Source of the DNA: Thermomicrobiales bacterium
GTDB lineage: Bacteria > Chloroflexota > Chloroflexia > Thermomicrobiales > UBA6265
Reading direction: 5' to 3'
Assembly: GCA_025928015.1 (NCBI GenBank)
Contig: JAICKJ010000001.1
Coordinates: 1-54,795, forward strand
Length of the DNA stretch: 54,795 bases
In this document: positions 48,109 to 54,795 of the stretch, piece by piece
Layout: every line of letters begins with the position of its first letter
How positions within the stretch are numbered: position 1 is the stretch's first letter
The notes under the pieces: model-generated
Told to the model about the DNA's origin: nothing
The model's database searches: none
The model's input: the letters and a program-made list of their open reading frames with translations, nothing else
Translations under genes and position numbers: made by a program

Positions 48109-49176
48109 TTACGCCGTCCGTGATCCGAGGCGGTCGATGAGGGTGAAGAGTGCGGCCGCGGCGGGCGTGTCGCTGCCCTCGGTCGCCTGGCGCAGCGCCG
48201 CCGCCGCCCGGTCGTTGTGCGCGGCGACCCGGTCCGCCACCTGTCGCTCGATATCGTGCGCGGCGAGCATCGCCAGGATTTCGTCGATCCCCTCGCCGGT
48301 AATCTCTTCCTGATGGTAGAGCTCGCGCAGCCGCGCTTTTTCCGGTTCGCTCGCCTGCGCCCGCAGCAGCAGGATTGGCAGGCTTTGCTTGCGCCGCCGG
48401 ATGTCGTCGGCGGCGTCCTTGCCGGTTACGTCGCTGTCGCCCCAGATGCCGAGCAGATCGTCACGGATCTGGAAGCCAATGCCAATGGCGAGACCGAAGT
48501 CGCCGAACGCGTGTGCGCGTTCCGCGCTGGCGCCGCCGACGGTCGCGCCGGCCCACGCCGCGTAGCGCAGGATGGCCGCCGTCTTGTTCGTGATCATCGC
48601 CAGGTAATCGTCGGGCGAGACGTCGGCGCGGCCCTCGAAGCCGAGGTCCTGCACCTGCCCGCGCACGATCTCCAGTGTCGTCCGGTCGAACTCGGCGGCG
48701 AGTGGCAGCAGCCGGTCCGCGCCGATAACGCCCTGCAAGCGGTAGAGCGCGAGGTGGGCGGCGGCGTGGAGGGCGTCGCCGGCGTTGATCGCCTGGCCGT
48801 CGCCCCAGACGCGCCAGACGGTCGCCCGGTGGCGGCGGTTCGGGCTGCGGTCCTGAATGTCATCGTGGACGAGGGTGAAGTTGTGGAGCAGCTCGATCGC
48901 GGCCGCGAGCGGCGCGGCCGCCTCCAACGTGCCGCCCGCGGCGGCGCAGGTCAGCAGTGCCACGGCCGGGCGGATGCGCTTGCCCTGCACGGTCGCCCGC
49001 ACGTTCTGCGTCGTCGACTCACCGTTGCTCTCCACCCAGCCGAGGTGGAAGCGCGCCATGCGGGCGAGGAGCGGCGCGTCCTCGCCCAGCTCACCGATCG
49101 CTGCTTCCAGCTCCGGCTCCAGCAGGTAATCGAGGTCCTGGAACCGGCTTTCGGCGGCCGGCGACGGACCCGGCAT
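48109..49176 (-). CDS. Polyprenyl diphosphate synthase (GGPP synthase-like)
   Basis: GKRIRP; HDDIQD...RRHR; KT; FQIRDD; start may be 49200. Confidence 0.93.
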   Translation of the reverse strand: MPGPSPAAESRFQDLDYLLEPELEAAIGELGEDAPLLARMARFHLGWVESNGESTTQNVRATVQGKRIRPAVALLTCAAAGGTLEAAAPLAAAIELLHNFTLVHDDIQDRSPNRRHRATVWRVWGDGQAINAGDALHAAAHLALYRLQGVIGADRLLPLAAEFDRTTLEIVRGQVQDLGFEGRADVSPDDYLAMITNKTAAILRYAAWAGATVGGASAERAHAFGDFGLAIGIGFQIRDDLLGIWGDSDVTGKDAADDIRRRKQSLPILLLRAQASEPEKARLRELYHQEEITGEGIDEILAMLAAHDIERQVADRVAAHNDRAAAALRQATEGSDTPAAAALFTLIDRLGSRTA

Positions 49177-49390
49177 CTGTTCCTGTGATGGTGATCGCAC
49201 GAAGCGGTTGTCCTTTGGTTCGATCGTGCCCGGCGGTGCGCTGGCGGGAACCAGACTGGCCCCCAATCACGTAAAATACTATGTAATGGCGGGTTGCATG
49301 CCCGCCATCCGGAGCAGCCCGCGTTCGTGGCCACGATGGACGTGGCGCGCGGCACGAACTGTCCCGGCAGTGGAAGAGGAAAGTTCCATC

Positions 49391-50095
49391 ATGTATTTCG
49401 ACCCGTTGTATTTCGTCTTCATGATTCCCGGGGTCGTCTTCATGCTCTGGGCGCAGAGCAGAGTCCGGGGCAATTACGCCAAATATAGCCAGGTCCGCAA
49501 CGACCTCGGGCTGACGGGCGCCCAGACGGCGCGACGGGTGCTCGACAGCCAGGGCCTGTCCAACGTCGCGATCGAGCCGATCGCCGGCGAGCTGACCGAC
49601 CACTACGACCCGCGCACCCGCGTCCTGCGGCTCTCGCAAGGTGTCTACGGCGTGCCGTCCATCGCCGCGATGGGCATCGCGGCCCACGAGTCGGGCCACG
49701 CGATCCAGCACGCCAAGGCCTACGCGCCGCTCACGCTGCGGACGGCGATCGTGCCGGCCGTCAGCATCGGCTCCAACATCGGCTACATCCTGCTGATCCT
49801 CGGCATCATCATCGGCATGACCGGGATGGCCTGGATCGGCGTCGCACTCTTCGCACTCTCGACCTTCTTCGCGCTGGTCACTTTGCCGGTCGAGTTCGAC
49901 GCCTCGCATCGAGCCAAGCAGGTGCTGGTCCAGCTCGGCCTGGTCGATTCCGGCGTCGCCGGCGGGCAGGAGAGCAAGGCCGTTGCCAAGGTGCTCGACG
50001 CCGCGGCGTGGACCTACATCGCCAGCTTCGCCGCCTCGCTCCTGACACTGCTCTACTACGTCATGATGCTCACCGGCATGCAGCGCCGGGACTAA
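49391..50095 (+). CDS. YugP-like membrane zinc metallopeptidase
   Basis: LTDHYDP; AAHESGHAIQH; TLPVEFDAS; AAAWTY. Confidence 0.93.
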   Translation: MYFDPLYFVFMIPGVVFMLWAQSRVRGNYAKYSQVRNDLGLTGAQTARRVLDSQGLSNVAIEPIAGELTDHYDPRTRVLRLSQGVYGVPSIAAMGIAAHESGHAIQHAKAYAPLTLRTAIVPAVSIGSNIGYILLILGIIIGMTGMAWIGVALFALSTFFALVTLPVEFDASHRAKQVLVQLGLVDSGVAGGQESKAVAKVLDAAAWTYIASFAASLLTLLYYVMMLTGMQRRD

Positions 50096-50100
50096 CGACA

Positions 50101-50142
50101 GCCCTCACCCCCGGCCCCCTCTCCCAACGTTGGGAGAGGGGG
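50101..50142. repeat. CCCTC-rich palindromic repeat, copy 2, terminator-like
   Basis: GCCCTCACCCCCGGCCCCCTCTCCCAACGTTGGGAGAGGGGG followed by CTTT. Confidence 0.65.
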
Positions 50143-50312
50143 CTTTCGTTCTTGGCTTCCTGACACCATGAGAATGGCCAGCGCGCGCCGGATGCCGTAT
50201 GGTGGCATCGGATCAATGCGTGTCATCAAAATGCTCGATTCGGGTTCGAACAGCAGGCTGAATGACCGGTTCCCGGCAGGGTTGAGGGGCGGTTGCCCCA
50301 AGGGAGCAGATC

Positions 50313-52130
50313 ATGCACTCACGGCGTGTCGAGTTACTGGCCAGGATGATGGAGACGCGCGCGTCGCGGCGTCACGCGCTCCACGGGATCGGGGCGCCGG
50401 CGATCGTCGCCGCGCTTGGACTTCGCGGCGCCGCCGCGGCCCCCGGCGCCGCCGCGACCCGGCGGGCGATGCGCGGGCAGGCGACGTCGGCGGGCGCGAC
50501 CGGCATCGACGCGCTCGACGCCGGCACGAAGGACAATGTCGCGCAGGCGCTCTGGTTACCCGCGTGGGAATCGGACGCGCTCCCACCGGACATCCGGGAT
50601 CACCTCGCGAGCGAGCAGAACAGAAACGCCGCCTTCGGCGCGCGCATGGCTGCCCGGCTGCGAGGACTGATCGAGAAACCGGAAACGTTCACCCCCAGCC
50701 ACACCGCGCGCTACGAAGCCTTCCTCGACGCCTGCGACGCGCTCTCCGCCCACCAGACCTACAGCCTGGCCAATCTGCTCGGTCCGGACAGCGCCCGGGA
50801 TTTCCCGCCGTTGCCGGCAAAGGCCGCGTTCGAATTCCCGCGGAGTCACGCGGTCGATCTGCCGATGCAGGTCGGCTGGTACTTCGTCGTCGGCAGTTGT
50901 CACGGCAGTAACGGCAAGGAGTACGGCGTCGAGGTGATGTTCTTCCGCAATGCCATCCTCCCGCCGGCGTTGATGGCGCAGTACGGGCTGACGCACGCCG
51001 AAAACCAGATCACCGAGCTGCACTTCGCCGTGACCGAGGCCGGTGGTCAGCACCACCGCGCGGTCCCGACGGTGATCGCCGGCACCACCGGACTGCTGGC
51101 GTTCAATCCGGACGGCCTCGGCTGGTCGATGGGCCGCAACGTGATTGAGTCGCTCGATCCGGACTCCGGCGCGATGCCGCTGCACGTCCGCGCCCGCGGC
51201 GTCAATCGGGGCGAAACCGCGCCGATCGAGTTCTCGGTCGATATCACGTGCACCGAGCCCGATATGCCGCTGCCGCAGGGCGTGGACGGCTGCGACCCCT
51301 GCTGTGACGGCGCCGGCACCCTCTATTACTCGATCCCCAATATCCAGCTAGACCCCGCGAGGAGCACCCTCACCCTCGACGGCGAGACGGTCGAGCTGGT
51401 GAGCGGCACTTTCTGGTTCGACCACCAGTGGGGCAACAGCCTGAGCGCCAGCCCGCGCACTGAAGTGACGCGGGCCGCCAAGAACCTCGCTCCAGCGACG
51501 ATCGCCGGGTGGGACTGGTTCATGGCCCAGTTCGAGGGCGGCTACCAGATGGCCGGCGGCGCCCTGCACACCGCCGAGAATCTGCCTTTCTACTTCCAGA
51601 CCGGCGAGACCCCGCCGGGGCCGATGGAGGCGCCGGTCAAGGCCCGTCTGATGGCCGGCGACGGCACCGTGCGGCGCGTCGAGGGCACCGTGCTGATCGA
51701 TGATTGGGTCCGGAGCACGACCTCGCCGGAGCCCGCCCTCTACTGGCCGACGAACACCTGGTATCCCAACCACTGGCGCTACCAGTTCGGCGCGGACGTG
51801 CCCGAAGCGGTCCGGACCTTCACCATGGAGCCGATCGTGGCGGGCGGGCAGTCCGGTTTCTTCGCGACCGGCGCCCAATACTCGGAAGGAGCGACTATCC
51901 TCCGCGATTCGGCCGGGAAGGAGGTGGGGCGCGGCTTCGGCGAATCGGTGAACTACGCCGATACCGTCGCCAACATCACCGCGCTGGCCGGTCTGCCGGA
52001 TACCGCCGAGATGCGCGAACTGCTCCAGGCGCAGCGACCGTCGAAGGAGCTGATCGCAAAGAGCATGGCCTACGTCGCCGCCCACCAGGACGAGCTGACG
52101 GCAGTCATCGCAAGCTGCCTCGGGATTTGA
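50313..52130 (+). CDS. AttH/CrtC-like lipocalin-fold protein, probable Tat substrate
   Basis: FEFPRSH...GWYF; LYYS; WFDHQWG; GWDWF; YSEG; SRRHAL plus hydrophobic stretch. Confidence 0.78.
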   Translation: MHSRRVELLARMMETRASRRHALHGIGAPAIVAALGLRGAAAAPGAAATRRAMRGQATSAGATGIDALDAGTKDNVAQALWLPAWESDALPPDIRDHLASEQNRNAAFGARMAARLRGLIEKPETFTPSHTARYEAFLDACDALSAHQTYSLANLLGPDSARDFPPLPAKAAFEFPRSHAVDLPMQVGWYFVVGSCHGSNGKEYGVEVMFFRNAILPPALMAQYGLTHAENQITELHFAVTEAGGQHHRAVPTVIAGTTGLLAFNPDGLGWSMGRNVIESLDPDSGAMPLHVRARGVNRGETAPIEFSVDITCTEPDMPLPQGVDGCDPCCDGAGTLYYSIPNIQLDPARSTLTLDGETVELVSGTFWFDHQWGNSLSASPRTEVTRAAKNLAPATIAGWDWFMAQFEGGYQMAGGALHTAENLPFYFQTGETPPGPMEAPVKARLMAGDGTVRRVEGTVLIDDWVRSTTSPEPALYWPTNTWYPNHWRYQFGADVPEAVRTFTMEPIVAGGQSGFFATGAQYSEGATILRDSAGKEVGRGFGESVNYADTVANITALAGLPDTAEMRELLQAQRPSKELIAKSMAYVAAHQDELTAVIASCLGI

Positions 52131-52140
52131 GCCCAGCCGC

Positions 52141-52177
52141 ACAGCGGTTCCCGGCTTGGTTGTCCGGGGACCGCTGT
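52141..52177. terminator. Hairpin between convergent genes
   Basis: ACAGCGGTTCCCGG...CCGGGGACCGCTGT. Confidence 0.65.
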
Positions 52178-52575
52178 CAGCTCGTCGCGTGATAGAGGGA
52201 GAGGCCGGGGATGCGGCCGAAGTGACGCAGGTTGCGCGTGACGAGCTGGAGCCCGTGATGGATGGCGGTCGCGGCGATGAGCAAATCCAGATCGGGGATC
52301 AATTGCCCTGCACGGCGTAGATATGCGCGGATGCGGGCAAATCGCTCCATGACCGGCTCAGTGAGAGAGAGAATCCGAAATCGCCCCAGAACGCGGCGCA
52401 TCCGCGCCACCCGTTCTGCCGGGTCGGGATCGCTATATGCGCCCTCGAAGACTTCGCCGAGCGAGATGATGCTGATCGCAGTGCCTTGCTCGGTGAGGAG
52501 GTCCAGCGTTGCGAGGGCGGCGGGACGACCGATCAACGCATCGATCAGATAATCGGAATCGATTAGATACGTCAT
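52177..52575 (-). CDS. vapC: VapC family PIN toxin
   Basis: YLIDSD; SLGE; DLLIAATA; VTRNLRHF. Confidence 0.93.
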   Translation of the reverse strand: MTYLIDSDYLIDALIGRPAALATLDLLTEQGTAISIISLGEVFEGAYSDPDPAERVARMRRVLGRFRILSLTEPVMERFARIRAYLRRAGQLIPDLDLLIAATAIHHGLQLVTRNLRHFGRIPGLSLYHATS

Positions 52576-52859
52576 GGCCGATCAGGCGGACGCGTTCCTT
52601 CCTCGCGACCGCGGTAGATCAACTCCTTCATCCGCTCCCCTTCTTCCGGCGTGAGCATGCCAGCGGCCTCGTGAAGCGCTTCTCGAAGCTTTGCTGCGTC
52701 GTAATTCGCCCAAGGATCCTCGTCGTCGCGCTTGACCGTGTAGCGAACGCCCTCGCTCTCCAGGACGACCGTGCGCGCGTCCTTCTCTGCCAGGACGTGG
52801 GCCAGTTCACTGTCGGGATCGAGCTTGATGACGGTCATTGATTCTTTGGCCATAGACAT
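52572..52859 (-). CDS. Cognate antitoxin
   Basis: Small ORF with ATGA overlap to vapC; GAGGAG RBS; TGCTATGAT extended -10 upstream. Confidence 0.75.
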   Translation of the reverse strand: MSMAKESMTVIKLDPDSELAHVLAEKDARTVVLESEGVRYTVKRDDEDPWANYDAAKLREALHEAAGMLTPEEGERMKELIYRGREEGTRPPDRP

Positions 52860-52947
52860 TCTCCTCTCGTCCGCATCATAGCAAAATAGACATAACAACG
52901 AAAGGCGAGGCAGGGCGATTGTGTTTCGGAGCCACGATCGCCGCGTG

Positions 52948-53304
52948 CTACTCCACGAAATCGGTCCGCGCGAATTCGTTACCGGGGAAGATCACCAGTA
53001 ACCTCAATTCGTCTTCGCCGGTGTTATTGAAGCCGTGGACCTCGCCGGGCGGGATGTGGACGCTGACGCCCGCGCCGACCGGTACCACCTGCTCACCAAG
53101 CGTCACCTCGCCCGTCCCGGCCAGAAAGACGAGGATCTCCTCGACCTCGTGCGTGTGCAGCCGCACCGTATCGCCCGGCGCCAGCCATTGCTCGCCCAGA
53201 TAGAGATCGCGTGACCCGATCCCGGCGCTGATCAGGTGGCGGAGCGGCAGTCCGCTCGGGCTCGGCCCCGCCAGCATCCGGGCGTGTTCGACGCGCGTAC
53301 CCAT
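52948..53304 (-). CDS. Cupin domain protein
   Basis: HTHEVEE...PPGEVHGFNN; TGATG coupling to the upstream gene. Confidence 0.88.
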   Translation of the reverse strand: MGTRVEHARMLAGPSPSGLPLRHLISAGIGSRDLYLGEQWLAPGDTVRLHTHEVEEILVFLAGTGEVTLGEQVVPVGAGVSVHIPPGEVHGFNNTGEDELRLLVIFPGNEFARTDFVE

Positions 53305-54170
53305 CAGCGGGTCAGCGCGGTCAGGCCGCGCTGGGCGAGGCGCAGGTGGTCCTCGACCGAGGCGCAGCCGCACCCCATCACGTTCAACGCCAGACTCGTC
53401 GCGCCGAGCGCCCGCCAGCCGTCCGCCTGCGCTCGCCAGACGCCGGGATCGTCGCCGGCGAGCGTGATGCGGGCCTCGATCGGGAACGTGTCCGGGTCGC
53501 GCCCATTGGCGGTCAGCTCTTTGCGCAGCAGCGCGATCTGCTGGCGATGCTGGGGGCCGAGCTGTCCGTTCGGCAGGAAGCCGTCCGCCAGTCGCGCCGC
53601 GCGCTTGATCGCCGCGTCCGCGGTGCCGCCGATCCAGATCGGGATCGGCTGCTGCACCGGCATCGGCCAGAGGCCGGCGTGGTCGATGTGGTGCCAGCGT
53701 CCCTCGAACATCACCTCCCGCTCGGTCCAGAGCGCGCGCAGGACCGCGATCTGCTCCTCCATTCGCCGGGCGCGATTGTGGAAGTCTTCGTTCAGCGCCT
53801 CGTATTCGACCGCGTTCCAGCCGATGCCGGCGCCGAGCCGCAGCCGGCCCCGGCTGAGGATGTCGATCGCCGACGCCTGCTTGGCGACCAGCGCCGTCTG
53901 CCGCTGCGGCAGGACCAAGACGCCGGTGACCAGCTCGATGCTGCTCGTCAGCGCCGCCAGATATGAAAACAGCGAGAACACCTCGTGAAAGCTCGTGTCA
54001 ATCGAGTAAGCGCCGCGCCAGTCCGGGCGCGTGCGGGTGCCGGCGCCGAGGACGTGGTCGTAGGCCATGATCGAGGCGAAGCCCATCGTCTCCGCCGCCT
54101 GGCCGAACTCGCGGATCGCCGCCTCCTCGTGCCCGATCTCCGTCTGTGGAAAGACAATCCCGACCTTCAT
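53304..54170 (-). CDS. LLM-class F420-dependent oxidoreductase
   Basis: FPQTEIG; YDHV; GVLVLPQRQTALVAKQ; GIGWNAVEY. Confidence 0.92.
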   Translation of the reverse strand: MKVGIVFPQTEIGHEEAAIREFGQAAETMGFASIMAYDHVLGAGTRTRPDWRGAYSIDTSFHEVFSLFSYLAALTSSIELVTGVLVLPQRQTALVAKQASAIDILSRGRLRLGAGIGWNAVEYEALNEDFHNRARRMEEQIAVLRALWTEREVMFEGRWHHIDHAGLWPMPVQQPIPIWIGGTADAAIKRAARLADGFLPNGQLGPQHRQQIALLRKELTANGRDPDTFPIEARITLAGDDPGVWRAQADGWRALGATSLALNVMGCGCASVEDHLRLAQRGLTALTR

Positions 54171-54257
54171 GCCCTGCCTCCCTCGCGCCTGATTCGTTTA
54201 GAGGCATATGTGGGCTGCGACGGGTGCGCTGTCAAGCGGCGCCGCGCATCTGGTGGA

Positions 54258-54795
54258 TCACGAGGACACCGGCGCAGCCGTGGCTTCCTGGATTGCGGCC
54301 GCGAAGACGGGGAGTGCCCGGTCGATCATCTCGTCGCTGGCGGTGAGCGAGATCCGGAAGTAGCCCGGACATTCGGCCGTGGAGCCGGGGAGGACGAAGA
54401 CGTCGCGCTGGGCGAGCAACTCGGTGAACGCGAAATCGTCGCCCAGCGGGGAGCGGACCAGGAGGTAGAACGTCCCTTCGGGCAGATTGACCTCGTAGCC
54501 GGCGCCGCGGAGGGCGGTGACCATCCGGTCGCGCCTGCGTTGGAGATGTCCGACATCGATGGAGAGCTTGTCCAGATCACCGAGCGCATGCAGAAGCAGC
54601 GCGTTGGGGAAGGCGTACCCGGTGATGATCTGGGCGAGCATGATGGCGCCGCGGAGCTGCTCCCGCGCGGCGAGGGGCATCTCCGGCGGCAGCGCCAGGT
54701 AGCCCAATCGCTGGCCAGGCGTCAGCAACGTCTTGCCGTAGGTGTAAATCAGGATGGAGTACGGATAGAACGCGGTGGGGCTGGGGAATGACCGG
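54258..54795 (-). CDS. Class I/II aminotransferase, 5' end outside the window
   Basis: YTYGKTLLTPGQRLGY; PEGTFY; PG...FRISL. Confidence 0.88.
   Translation of the reverse strand, partial: RSFPSPTAFYPYSILIYTYGKTLLTPGQRLGYLALPPEMPLAAREQLRGAIMLAQIITGYAFPNALLLHALGDLDKLSIDVGHLQRRRDRMVTALRGAGYEVNLPEGTFYLLVRSPLGDDFAFTELLAQRDVFVLPGSTAECPGYFRISLTASDEMIDRALPVFAAAIQEATAAPVSS

Overview
High-GC bacterial chromosomal window, probably Chloroflexota (Thermomicrobiales-like). This is inferred from the gene content: F420-dependent enzyme families, several Tat substrates, an LPXTG protein, MurT/GatD and an N-terminally extended MreB. In order it contains a DoxX gene, an orphan dppC remnant, a peptide ABC transporter without ATPase genes, an expanded Kdp K+ uptake locus, sucAB, a cell-wall cluster (class A PBP, mreB-mreC-murT-gatD, beta-lactamase-like hydrolase), and a patchy accessory region from about 33 to 45 kb, followed by housekeeping and accessory genes. 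The most notable items are mostly absent from the ORF track. (1) The Kdp locus has a split KdpD, an extra KdpE-like stand-alone receiver as the first gene behind a putative KdpE-box promoter, a 28-aa KdpZ-like peptide and an unknown 104-aa gene translationally coupled to kdpF. (2) A decayed rhodanese-CBS gene has UGA at the position where this family carries Sec/Cys and is fused to a LacI fragment. (3) recX can only start at a non-canonical codon, most likely CTG. (4) A PIN toxin is interrupted by a single amber codon. (5) A broken lower-GC HEPN-like gene sits between a NarL-type two-component system and its likely DoxX/two-domain multicopper oxidase target operon. (6) An Lrp regulator carries an AT-hook tail. 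(7) CGTC-type REP elements show a compensatory base change. No rRNA, tRNA, CRISPR array or transposase was recognised. All calls are by eye; no searches were run.
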